Shown: positions 36,412-48,299 of the stretch, piece after piece
How the letters are laid out: each line of letters starts with the position of its first letter
Position numbering within the stretch: the stretch's first letter is position 1
Source of the DNA: Pristiophorus japonicus
Lineage: Eukaryota
Direction: 5' to 3'
Length of the DNA: 64,000 nucleotides
NCBI RefSeq assembly: GCF_044704955.1
Contig: NC_091980.1
Coordinates: 22,320,001-22,384,000, forward strand
Made by a program: the position numbers and the translations under genes
The notes under the pieces: model-generated
Told to the model about the DNA's origin: nothing
The model's database searches: none
Seen by the model: the letters and a program-made list of their open reading frames with translations, nothing else

Positions 36412-36884
36412 TGTTACATGAAAAGTGTATGGTTTCTGTAATCAGTGTGGAACAGTTGACTTTCCTCATTGTTCTGTATGGATTACATTTATTTGTGATC
36501 CCTAATTATTCAAAACAAGAAGAAATCCTCCTGCTGTCCCTGTTGGGTTCCTAGTGGAAGGAAAGGCAACTCCATTTTAATGAAAATATTGAATTGATGA
36601 ATTATTCATAAAGAAACTTTACTACACTGGCACTGTATTTATAATAGAATTATGCTTTTTATTTTTGTTCTGTTTGTTGCAAATGACCCCTACCAGCTCC
36701 CCAATGCTTGTTAACCCAATTGGAACAGGAGACAGCATAATTTCTCAACAATTACTGTTTTGTCCCACTTGTTTGTGCATTGTGCATTTGGTTCTGATAG
36801 TAGCTGTTTTCCTGAGGCAAGGTCCTTCTATCTACCCTTGCTTGCTCGTTGTATTTTTCCCGAACCAATGGCTTTTGCTCCTAC

Positions 36885-36944
36885 CATGTTTATAATTGTC
36901 CTCTGATTAAGATCTTCCACGAGTTGTGTTAAGACAGAATCCTT
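36885..36944 (-). CDS. Candidate host-gene exon (KDSVLTQLVEDLNQRTIINM)
   Basis: Strong pyrimidine tract ttcccttctgtttcctgaactttatccag; 60 nt, phase 0-0, only one open frame; GTAGGA donor. Confidence 0.38.
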
Positions 36945-37237
36945 CTGGATAAAGTTCAGGAAACAGAAGGGAAATAGCACTTATCGTTGGTATGCCCTGC
37001 AGAGCAGTAACCAGTGAAGTTGAGAGAGAGAAGGAGATTTGTAGACAGTTCAGAGAGATATGGAAGTACAAGTACAATAACATCTTGCATTTGTATAACA
37101 CCTTTAACATCGAAGAACATCCTAATGTGCCTCACAGAGGTGTAATCAGGCAAATATGGAGGCCAAGGCAAAGAAGGAGTTATTAAGTGGGGTAGCCAAA
37201 AGCTTGGTCAAAGTCAGATTTTAAGGAAGGTCTTAAA

Positions 37238-38064
37238 TAAAGAAAGACTTGCATTTATATAGTGCTTTTCACGACCACTAAATGTAGTCACTGATGTAAA
37301 GTAGGAAATACAGCAGCCAATTTGCACACAGCAAGCTCCAAAAACAGCAATGTGATAATGACCAGATAATCTGTTTTGTTTTAATGCTGTTGATTGTGTG
37401 ATAAATATTGGCCAGGACACCGGGGAGAACTTTGTATTGTATGGGGTTAATCACATACTGTTAATTATGATATTTAGACATTTACAGTGTGTCTCTGTCC
37501 CATGCCCCGTAGAATGTTGTTGCTATAGCGAGAGAGGGAAGCGACCTTGGGACACACACCAGCTTGTTAAGAGACGGTTGCCGCCTCAAGATCTCATGCT
37601 TTGTGGACAAGCAGCTGGGGCCTTACAGATTAGGAGTTGGCCATAAGCCACATGCACCCATGTTTTGTTCAATAGTATATTTGTTTAATAGTAGCTCTTT
37701 GAACTTAACCTTGGACCGTGATTTGCGAGTTCAGTAAACGGTGTTTTATTCTTTACTTCATTTGTCTTGTTTCTTATTTAACATTCATCCAGATCCCGAA
37801 CCTGGGTCTATTATTACCAAAACAAACTTTCCTGCTCTTCTTCAAAATAGTGCCATGGGATCGTTTATGGTCACCTGAGAGAGCAGATGGGGGTTCAGTT
37901 TTATGACTCATCTGAAAGACGGCATCTCCAGCAGTGAAGCACTCCCTCAGCGCTGCACTGCAGTGTCAGCCTAGATTTTTGTGCTCTAGTCTCTGAAGCA
38001 GGAGTTGGACACGACCTTCTGACTCAGAGGTGAGGTTGCTACCCACTGTGCCATAGCTAACACT
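37238..38064 (-). mobile_element. Deu-domain SINE split by a solo LTR
   Basis: 3' part 37238-37432 and 5' part 37825-38064 are homologous to 18445-18906. Confidence 0.82.
37433..37824 (+). mobile_element. Solo LTR, 392 bp
   Basis: TGTATTG...CAAAACA termini; 5-bp TSD AACTT; AGTAAA signal near 37733 (basis for strand). Confidence 0.8.
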
Positions 38065-38469
38065 ACGGAAAATGTAAGGTGGAAAGACTGAGGGAATTCC
38101 AGAGCATGGGACCGGGACAGCTGAAGATGTGACCATCAAGGCAGGTGGGATTCACAAAAGACCAGTCAGAGGAAGGGGAAGTTTGGGGGTTGTATAGGGC
38201 TGGAGGAGGTTACAGATAAAGTGGTGGGCTGGGCAGCGGGAGGGGGATGGTGAAGCCACAAAGGGATTTAAACACGAGGATGAACATTTTAAATTGGGTG
38301 CAATGGGAGAGCAGAAGCAAGAGTAAATCAGCACGGACCGGGGTGATAGGTAAGGAGGACTTTTTGTGATACATGCACCAGAGTTTTAGATGAGCTGAAT
38401 ATTAATATCAGGTGAATAAACTGGAAATAGACTGAGATAAAGACAAATATGTAGTCAAAATGTGGATTT

Positions 38470-39240
38470 TTGTTTTAGAATTCATTCAAGATTGCTTCCT
38501 AGATCAATAACTTTCAAGTCCAAGAAGCTTTGCTTGATTTATTTCTGCCAAATGAAGTGAGACAAATAACAGATGTGAGAGTTGGAGAACAATTTGAAAA
38601 CACCGATCACAACATTGTTAGTTTTAATGTGAATACTGAAAAGAACAATGACGAGTCAAAGACAAATGCGCTAGAGTGGAAATGGATTCTGGGCCAAATT
38701 ACCCAGGAGAAATCTTACTCGATTATCAAGATATTGCCAATAACCTGGGAGCAAAAGTGTACAGGATGATGGATCAGCAATGGGAAATCTTCAAATATAG
38801 ATAAAAATATAGATATATCCTGGTAAGGTGAAAGGAATGGCAATGGAGGAGAGAGTATCATGAATATATAGAGATTAAAACTAAGCTGAAAATTGAAAGG
38901 GAGGCATTTGATAAAAGTAGTATTAACAATGCTAAGGAAAATCATGAGGTTATGGGAAGTGTAGTGGCGGTGGGGGTGGGGGGGGAGGGCGCGGGAGGCA
39001 GGGGAGGTGAAAGTGGAGATAAGAAGAGTGAATAGCCTCCTGTGCTGTATCATTCTATGAAAAGGAAATTTTGGAGAAAAGGACTAGCAGATAGTATATC
39101 AGTAAATCTCAAGGGCTTTTCTAAGCATATAAAGATTAATGAGAGGGTAGGGCTGCTCAGAGATAGAGAAGAGAATCTAATTGTGGATGATGACGGTATG
39201 GTTGAGATATTAAATAAATATTTAGTTTCAATTTTTCAAA
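38470..39240 (+). mobile_element. Very old CR1 ORF2 remnants
   Basis: LDL...V.VGE..TDHNIVSF endonuclease end; RVGLLRD...MVEILNKY. Confidence 0.55.
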
Positions 39241-39279
39241 TGGTGGTGGAAGTAACATTGTTGATGTTCTCGAGGAGTC

Positions 39280-39545
39280 TGACCTCTCAAGTGGACATTT
39301 AAGATTCCACAGAACTATTCGAAGAAGAGCAGGGAAGTTCTCCCTGGTGCCCTGGACAATATTTAATCCCTCAACCAATAACTAAGACAGATGATCTTAT
39401 CATTTGTATCATTGCTGTTTGTTGGAGCTTGCTGCGCGCAATTTGAGTCCTATATTACCATGGTGACCACATTGTCTGTAAAGCCTTCTGGGATGTCCGA
39501 ATGTCATAAAAAGGCACTATTTAAATTAAAGTTCTTTCTTTTTTA
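39280..39545 (+). mobile_element. Deu-domain SINE 3' half
   Basis: gaagaagagcagggaagttctcc core and SINE tail. Confidence 0.75.
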
Positions 39546-39965
39546 GGTGGCATTTGTCCGCATGCCTGATACAAGACTCCAGAAACAAGCTCTGAGCTCC
39601 GTCACGGCAAGCCAGTCCCAGGAGGCAGAGAAAATGCTTCAAGGACACCCTCAATGCCTCCTTGAAAAAATATAACATCCTCATCGACTCTTGGGAATCC
39701 CTGGCCCAAGACCACTCAAAATGGAGAAGCATCCGAGAAGGCGCCGAACACTATGAGTCTCTTCATCGGGAGCACGCGGAACCCAAGTATAAACAGCGGA
39801 AGGAGCATACGGCAACCCAAGCACCTCATCCACCCGTCCCTTCAACCACCATCCGCTCCACCTGTGACAGTGTCTATAGATCCCGCATTGAACTCATTAG
39901 ACACTTTAGAACTCATATTAGCATGGAAGTAAGTCATCCTCGACTCCAGGGAATGCCTAAAAAAA
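39546..39965 (+). mobile_element. RTE 3' end
   Basis: FKDTL..SLKK..I..DSWESLAQD; tail gcctaa. Confidence 0.85.
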
Positions 39966-40605
39966 GGAACAATTCTTAAAAGGTGATTGCAGAATGTAAT
40001 TAAATCATGGAATGCATTGACACAGGAAAATGTACTGTTACATCTCTTCAGGGAAGAATAGATTCAAAAAGTTGGATATAGAGAAAGATAGAGGGATATA
40101 CAGAGAAAGCAGGGCTGCTAGATTAATTTGTGATTGCTGGTGTTGGCGCTTGACTCTGCTTTGTTTTTATGTTCCTTTCATCTAGGTTGAGAGTCCTCCC
40201 CTGACCTCAATAAATGTTGCAAGGTCGCTTCTTCATTATTAGTCTCCTCATTCCATCTTGCTGAAGGTGTTGAGCTGTTAGATGGCTCTGGTTTATTGCG
40301 AACCCTATTGCTTGCTTCAGTCTGTCTATCTGTCTGTTACCTTTGCTGGGCCACAATTTACTGATGGATTTCCTGAATTGCCTTTATGAGGAACTTTTTG
40401 TTGCTTAATCGATTATTAACAAATTGCTATTGCTTTTCCATCTGTTTACGCACAATGATTTTGGCCATGTCGTGCTTGTAAATGTTCCAGAAACAAACAG
40501 TTTTGCCAAAACCAAAAACTACTTTATGAGGGTGCATTACTTTTACCCTTCCTATTCCTTCAGGCCAGGGGGCGGGGATGGGTGAAAACGTTATAGCTAT
40601 CCTAT

Positions 40606-40890
40606 TCAACAACAGAATGTATTTATATAGCGCCTTTAACATAGTAAAATGTTCCCAAGGCACTTCACAGGAGTGTTACCAAACAAAATTTGACAATGAG
40701 CCACATACGGAGAAATGAGGGCAGAAGCTTGCTCAAAGACTTTAAGGAGCATCTTAAAGGAGGAGAGGTAGAGGCAGAGAGGTTTAGGGAGGGAATTCCA
40801 GAGTTTAGGGCTTGACAGCTGAACGCATAGCCGCCAGTGGTTGAGCAATTAAAACCAGGGATGCTCAAGAGGCCAGAATTAGTGGACACA
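40606..40890 (-). mobile_element. L2 3' end
   Basis: KLWNSLPKPL..SFKMLLK; tail aaaggcgctatataaatac. Confidence 0.82.
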
Positions 40891-41387
40891 GTTAATATTC
40901 CTTATTAACTGTGTCCCAATTAAGAAAAAAAAATCTCTATTACTCCAATTAAACCAGTTAGATGTGAAATGTATGCACATGTTCTCTAATTCTGTCTCAC
41001 TGCTTACACTGTCTAATTCCCACATTGAAAATTCCTTGTTAAATTATTTGACTCTTGTTTTTACCTCAAACTAATCCACCCATTTACTCGTAATGCCTCC
41101 GGTACAGTTCACCGCATATTCAAATAAAATCTAATCAGTTTATTTCACTATCGCTGCTAATAAGTTTCACAGAGACCCAATTACTGTCACCTTTTATTTC
41201 AAAACCATGGGCTTTTAATGTTAGTAATTTTATTCACCTTTTCCCATATGCTTGTCAAATGAAATAATTGCTGCCATGCTCTTCAATGGATGGATATGAA
41301 TTTTGTGTTGCATGTGGAAAAATATTCCAGGTATTGGTCCACTTACACTGAAGAAACTTTCATCAGATTATGTGAGAACTATTATTG

Positions 41388-41858
41388 TAGAAACTTACAG
41401 CACAGAGGGAGGCCATTTGGCCCATCATGCCTGTGCCAGCTCTTTGAACAAACTACCCAATTAGTTCCACTCTCCTTGCTCTTTCTCATCAGCTCTGCAA
41501 ATATCTCCTTTTCAAGTATATGTCCAATTCCCTATATTAATAAATGTGCTGAGTGCAAAAAGAGTTTGAAGGTTTTAAACAATTCTTTAAATCATTTGGT
41601 TATTCCCAAAGAAAGAATTGAAACTCAGTGAGCTGACTAAACTAAGTGCCGCTAGCTGCTTACATTACAACAGCGACTACACTCCAAAAGTACTTAATTG
41701 GCTGTAAAACTTCTTTACACTAAGAATGGTGAGAATGTGGAACTCGCTATCACAGGGAGTGGTTGAAGCAGATAGTTTAGAAGCATTTAAGGGGAAGCTA
41801 GACAAGCATATGAGAGAGAAGGGAATAGAGAGTTATGCTGATAGATTTAGATGAGGAA
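41388..41858. mobile_element. Small CR1 tail (- 41388-41535), SINE tail (41655-41712) and CR1 fragment (+ 41713-41858)
   Basis: Homology to the copies at 35125, 8930-8990 and 17790-17925. Confidence 0.65.
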
Positions 41859-41859
41859 A

Positions 41860-42560
41860 GCTTCAAATGGTGTGGCAGAGCGCACAGTACAAATTGTAAA
41901 ACCTGCCCTCATCAAGCAAATGTTGGATCCAAACCCAAGAAAACAACTTTTGTCGTTGGACCACAAACTGGCAAGTATTCTGATTACTTATCGTAATACT
42001 CCTCATAGAACACCAGCAGAGTTGTTTCTCAAATGACAGGTTCTCATTGTTAAAGCCAAAACTTGGCATAGTCAGTCGAAGAGAAATAATCAAGGCAGAA
42101 AGAGAGTCATGGTAGAGGTAGAATAAGAGAGAGAAGTGTGAAATTGAATCAGAAGGTTAGAGTGAAGAACCATCATCATAAATGGTTAAAAGTGGTTACC
42201 AGGAAGAGTAGTGAAGATATGTGTCCCTTGCACATATTTGGTCAAGATGTTTGATCATGAAAAGGTTAGGTTTGTTCAGATTGATCAACAGATGTGGAAG
42301 GAGTTGTAACTTGGAATGATTCAATTTATACTGATAAGTCAGCTAGTCTTGTAGAGTACCAATGGCAAATCCTACATCAGATGTACTAGAAACCAGTCCA
42401 AGAGAAAGTCAGAATTTAACTCTGAGTCCGAGTCAGGCAGACAAACATTCTGAAGGTGTAGAAAGTCCAAATGTAGGTCAAGGACAGCCCTTGGAGAACA
42501 ACTCTCCTCAGGCTCGGTTTAGAATGAGTGCTTCTCTACGGGTTGTAACATCTGGTGAGC
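41860..42560 (+). mobile_element. Gypsy LTR retrotransposon integrase C-terminal fragment
   Basis: ASNGVAERTVQIVK...ILITYRNTPH..TPAELFL; KWLPGRV (GPF/Y-like region). Confidence 0.85.
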
Positions 42561-43397
42561 GATAACTCTGATTCTCCAGCTCGCTTCAACACTACACCAA
42601 GAAATATGGCTTCAGAATGCAAATCCTTTAATAAATGTAGTGTGAACTGTTGGCAAAAAATAAAGACAGATCTAGAATACAACAGGAACGATTAACAAAG
42701 CAGCTGTGAAGAAAAGTTAATTATCTCTTACTGTACATCAAAGATAAAATAGAATGGGCTAGATATTCCACTTCACTTCGCCCATCTATGGCCCATATAT
42801 CGCCCAAAACTATTGCCCATTTTGAGGAAAAAGTGGAAACTAGGCCAGAAAGATCGCTTGAAAAATAAACCTCCAAGTTTTGGCTCACTTCGCCGAGCTG
42901 ATCGCTGAGCTGATTGCCCACCCATCGCCCATCCCAACTTTCGGCACATCGCCAGCACTTCGCCAGGCTGATCGCTCGCCGAGAACATGGCTGGGGAATA
43001 GTTGCTTTTCCCGGGCTTTACTAAAAGAAATGGGAACTGCAGACGCCATTTTGAAGATCGGAGGAAGGGTGGAGGCAGCTACAAAAATCGTGCTTATATA
43101 GTTGTGAGTTATTTAAGGGTCCTGTATAGATAGATCTACTCAAATTAGTAATTATATTTAATTTTAATAATGGTAGACTATTGGATTAGGCATTTTTTAA
43201 TGAAAAGTGAATTTATACCAAGTGAAAATAATTATTGAAAGTGATGGGTCCGAGTGTTAGACTGGGGCTGGAATAGAGAGAGTATTAGACTGAGATTGGT
43301 ATACAGACTGGGGCTTGTATAGAGAGAGTAGTTTAATAGATTGACATTCTTTAGTGAAAAGTACATTTATAGTAATTGAAAATAATTATTGAGAGTG

Positions 43398-44319
43398 ATG
43401 GGGCCTATGCTTTTTGTGCCATTACTGGTAACTGCTCACAAGCTGGTTTCTAAAAGGATCAATCGAAGAAGTGGCAGAGAAATGCATAGACAGAGACAGA
43501 GGAGACAGAGGAGGTGAGCATACAGCCAATGAAGGTACAAAGAAACGCAATCTTACCTCAACTTGTCTGAAAACGCGTGTCTTAGGAGGCTGTGCTTCGA
43601 GAAGGAGGTCATCGATGAGATTTGTCAGCTCATTAAGGGGGACCTGAAGCCTTCCAGCACCATCAGAACCGCACTGTCCGTTGAGGTTAACGTTACTGCA
43701 GCCCTAGCCTTCTACGCTTCGGAATCTTTTCAGGCTTCAGCTGACGACATCTGTCATATCTCTCAGCACACCACACACTGCTGTATTCGGCAGGTGATTG
43801 AAGCCCTTTACGCTCGCAGGATGGACTTTGTAAGCTTCCCTATGACCAGGGAGGAACAGACCGGGAGGGCTATGGATTTCTCGAGAATAGAAGACTACCC
43901 CAAGGTGCAGCGAGCAATCGACTGCACGCACATTGCCCTGAAAGCCCCCTTGAAGAACGCGGAAGTGTTTTGTAACAAAAAGGGATTCTATATTTCCTGC
44001 CAGCATCCATGATGCACACATCCTACGTGAGAGTGTGTTGCATGTTGCATAACCTAGCTACAAGGAGAGGACAACTAATGCCAGATGGGGCTGCAGGTCC
44101 ACCTCCAGAAGGCGGGGAGATGGAAGAGCCAGCCGGCAGGGAGCAAGAGGAGGAAGAGGCGGTAGAAGAGGCTGGTGAAAACCTAAGGGAGGGCAATCAG
44201 GTTGGCGATCTAGCCATAGTCCCAATGCCACCCCCCCGCCGCGAAGACCAGTAGCCAATGGCAGTTACGCGTCTGCTAAGCTGGTGCATCAGCAGCTCAT
44301 TTATGAATGCTTTTCATGA
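43398..44319 (+). pseudogene. Harbinger B transposase (HARBI1-like) with internal deletions
   Basis: CLRRL, ALAFYASESFQ, YPKVQRAIDCTHIAL, FCNKKGF, SIHDAHILRE, VCCMLHNLA, acidic tail. Confidence 0.9.
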
Positions 44320-46022
44320 ACTTACATTGGGGATAGTCACATTTACATTTACAGTTTTGGTTCAACAAAAGTTGCATTTGCTTTGAGTTATATTTTTGCC
44401 TTGCCTGCACTGGCCTGGCATTCTCATTAATGCTTAACTTAAGTAAACTTTTGTTAGAATAATACAATGCACAACTAATGCAGAACAATTTCTAAAATGT
44501 TATGCTTAACGTAACTATGAGAGAACGCACAGCAATTGGTAAATTCAATAAAAAATGTTAATTAACAGAACAAATTATTAAAAATATTTCATCAACACCC
44601 TCTCCCCCCGCCCCCCCCCCCCCCCCGCCCAACCCACCGCTCCCCCTCACCCCACCCTAAACAACAATGAATGCACAAAATTAAAAAAATGTAACAATTA
44701 TTATGGAAAAAAAAAACCTCCCTACCTGTGGCCATGTTTCCCTCCAGGTCCTTTCCCACCCCGTGTTTTAACACCATCCGCCCGATTTGGTCCCCGCAGA
44801 CCCAGACGAAGTTGGCGTGCAACGGGCAATGACAAGACTTCCTGCCGTGGTGATGGTGAGGGAGTGGAAGATGAAGCATGACGATGTTCGTCTTCCGAGG
44901 CAGGAGGAACTGTATCCTCCAAACTCGCTTGAGTGCTAGGGGTCACACTTTGAGCCAACACAACATCTTGGGGTGCAGCGCCGTGTCCAGCCAGCAATGC
45001 ATGCCGAAGTGCATTGGTTGCAGCGGTCTGCTCTCTGATCTCCTCCAAGGTCTGTTGTGCTAACTCAATTTGCATGACAGGCCAGTTGAAGAAGTTCGTG
45101 GACAACTGATGGAACCCCTGGATAAGCTCGCGACCTATCGCGACCATCTCCCTGCACATGGAGATCAAGCGCTCCGTCTGCCCTTCCGAGGTAGGCGATT
45201 GCTCACCTCGCTGACCCAACCTCTGTGTGGTCAGCGTGTGCAATATGTCACGCCTTGGCGTCGCCAGCTGCACACTGCTTGGTCCCGGTGCCTCATCGCT
45301 CTCAATGGAGATGACTGCAGGTTCATCCCCCCCACATCACTAGACGCCTCGTGCAGGAGCTCCAGCTCTTCTTCTTCCTCCTCCTGCTCCTTCTCCTCTT
45401 CTAGGTGAGGAAAGTGCTCATGTTCCTCTCGATCCTCTTGTTCCTTCTGCTCCGCTGGTGCAGGTGAAGCTGCTGGTGGCGACGTACCAGTGTATCAGGT
45501 TTACCTTAAAAACACACATGATGACATTTTCACAGAGCTTATTAGAACATAATGGTGAACATTACCAAAAGATGTTATATATCAATAGTTTTCACTGCCC
45601 CAGAAAGCTGTATGTGCTGCAATCCCTGCTTCTTATGTCCTGCTTCTTATGCATGCATGAAATGACATGTTAGTACATCATAAGTACATTCCAAATATAT
45701 TGCAATTTGAATTATAATTACAGGACATTAGATCAGTTACATACTTAAGATTTTAATACTGAATACAGTTCAAGAAATTACAAATTACTCACGCGACACA
45801 TGGCTGGATTCGGCCAGACCATGGTGGCCGTGTGGCTATCACTGCCAACCAGCATGGCCGCATGCTCTTCAATTTCAGATAATGGTTACAGCTGAGCAGT
45901 GCCGTCCCCCCGTCCGCCGTTGCTAGGCATTGTTGATAAATATTTTCTTCTGCAAATGAGAAAAAAACATGGCATGGCAGGGCATAAGCTAATGGACTAG
46001 GTAGTATCTTAAGGTCACAAAA

Positions 46023-46410
46023 GTTTAACATGGTTTACGTAACACATTTAAGAATGACAAACTTAAATTCAATGCAGGAGATTCATTGTTATAATAAAAA
46101 TTTGCATGCATGCATCAGTAAAATATTAAATATAAAATTTGAAATAGAAAATGCAACTTACTGTTAACATGGTTTTATTAATACAATAAAGAATGTCAAA
46201 CTTGACTTAAATGCAGGACATTCATTGCTCTATTAAAAATTTCCAAGCAAAATTAAAACATTAAATATAAATTATAAAATATTAAGTGCAAATTACTGTT
46301 AACTTGGTTGAACTAATACATTCAAGAATTAGATTCAATGCAGGAGATTCATTGTTCTAATAAAAATTTGCATGCATCAGTAAAATATAAAATATAAAAT
46401 GCAACTTACT
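46023..46410. repeat. About 135-140 bp tandem triplication in Myb intron 1
   Basis: Recurring gttaacatggtt...aatgcaggagattcattg...taaaaattt...tgcaacttact. Confidence 0.75.
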
Positions 46411-46628
46411 CTTGCTGCAGCCATCAAGCTATTCCAGCATTTTCTGCAATGGTCAGGCCCCCTCGCCTCATGGTTTGCAGATGAAACCACGTCTGCAATC
46501 TCCGCCCAAATTTTTCGGTAGACACGGGGAGAAGGTTTCCCATGTACACCCCGTGTCAAATCGGCCCACCTGGCATGCACCTCATTGACTAGGACCTTGT
46601 TGGCCTCATCACTAAAGGGTTTAGCCCT

Positions 46629-47935
46629 TTGGAAAGAGGTGATGTGATAGGTCCAAGTCAGCATGGATTTGTGAAAGGGAAATCATGCTTGACAAATCTT
46701 CTGGAATTTTTTGAGGATGTTTCCAGCAGTTTGGACAAGGGAGAACCAGTTGATGTGGTATATTTGGACTTTCAGAAGGCTTTCGACAAGGTCCCACACA
46801 AGAGATTAATGTGCAAAGTTAAAGCACATGGGATTGGGGGTAGTGTGCTGATGTGGATTGAGAACTGGTTGTCAGACAGGAAGCAAAGAGTAGGAGTAAA
46901 TGAGTACTTTTCAGAATGGCAGGCAGTGACTAGTGGGGTACCGCAAGGTTCTGTGCTGGGGCCCCAGCTGTTTATATTGTAGATTTAGACGAGGCGATTA
47001 AATGTAGTATCTGCAAATTTACGGATGACACTAAGTTGGGTGGCAGTGTGAGCTGTGAGGAGGATGCTATGAGGCTGCAGAGTGACTTGGATAGGTTAGG
47101 TGAGTGGGCAAATGCATGGCAGATGAAGTATAATGTGGATAAATGTGAGGTTATCTACTTTGGTGGTAAAAACAGAGAGACAGACTATTAACTGAATAGT
47201 GACAGATTAGGAAAAGGGGAGGTGCAAAGAGACCTGGGTGTCATGGTACATCAGTCATTGAAGATTGGCATGCAGGTACAGCAGGCGGTTAAGAAAGCAA
47301 ATGGCATGTTGGCCTTCATAGCGAGGGGATTTGAGTACAGGGGCAGGGAGGTGTTGCTACAGTTGTACAGGGCATTGGTGAGGCCACACCTGGAGTAATG
47401 TGTACAGTTTTGGTCTCCTAACTTGAGGAAGGACATTCTTGTATTGAGGGAGTGCAGCAAAGGTTCACCAGACTAATTCCCAGGATGGCGGGACTGACAT
47501 ATCAAGAAAGACTGGATCAACTGGGCTTGTGTTCACTGGAGTTCAGAACAATGAGAGGGGATCTCATGGAAACATTTAAAATTCTGACAGGATGAGTTAG
47601 ATGCAGGAAGAATGTTCCCAATGTTGGGGAAGTCCAGAACCAGGGGTCACAGTCTAAGGATAAGGGGAAAGCCAGTTAGGATCGAGATGAGGAGAAACTT
47701 CTTCACCCAGAGAGTGGTGAACCACAGAAAGTTGTTGAGGCCAATTCACTAAATATATTCAAAATGGAGTTAGATGTAGTCCGTACTACTAGGGGGATCA
47801 ATGAGGTATGGCGAGAAAGCAGGAATGGGGTCCTGAAGTTGCATGTTCAGCCATGAACTCATTGAATGGTGGTGCAGGCTCGAAGGGCCGAATGGCCTCG
47901 TCCTGCAACTATTTTCTATGTCTATGTTCCTATGT
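46629..47935 (+). mobile_element. CR1 3' half (RT)
   Basis: [23 protein letters not shown]; TTCTATG tail. Confidence 0.94.
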
Positions 47936-48299
47936 TTTCCTCTCTGAATCAGTCTCAGAGGTGATTTTCAGACTGGTTATAAAATTATTTAGATTTAAAT
48001 GTAAATATAAAATTGGAAACTTTGCAAATAAATCAACTGTAACCTTCTTCTTCCTGCTCTCTCAATCTCCTCTCTCTACCCCTCCCTCTGCCTTCTGAGC
48101 ATGTGTAATGACCCGTAACCTCCCGAAATGCAATAAAACCAGTCGGCCGAAAAATAAATCTCACACATGCGCAGAAGGCGGTTGCTCGGGAAGCTTTTGA
48201 CTCCCTCGTTCGGTGGACGAACATGACATAGCTGAAAAATCATATCGCCCATTCCACATCGCCGGCCTAAGGCTGAGTGGAAAATTGCCAAAAGAAAAT

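Larger units (their letters stand above)
37068..38400 (-). mobile_element. L2 3' end (37068-37236 plus 38075-38400) split by a SINE
   Basis: The two halves are collinear with the L2 consensus seen elsewhere in the window. Confidence 0.7.
44722..47970 (-). pseudogene. Harbinger B Myb/SANT gene (exon 1 to 46410, exon 2 45949-45793, exon 3 from about 45500)
   Basis: RAKPFSDEANKVLV...IWAEIADVVS...HCRKCWNSL; GTAAGT and GTGAGT donors; exon 2 KKIFINN..QRRTGG; CR1 inserted in exon 1. Confidence 0.82.
42756..48290. mobile_element. Harbinger B: degenerate two-gene element, outer right TIR missing
   Basis: Left TIR GGGCTAGATATTCC; transposase (+) and Myb/SANT gene (-) convergent; TCGCC subterminal motifs at both ends. 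Confidence 0.85.

Noticed and set aside
40150-40245. Strong + strand pyrimidine tract and AG acceptor at 40185
   Set aside because: All three frames stop within 60 nt and no good donor follows.
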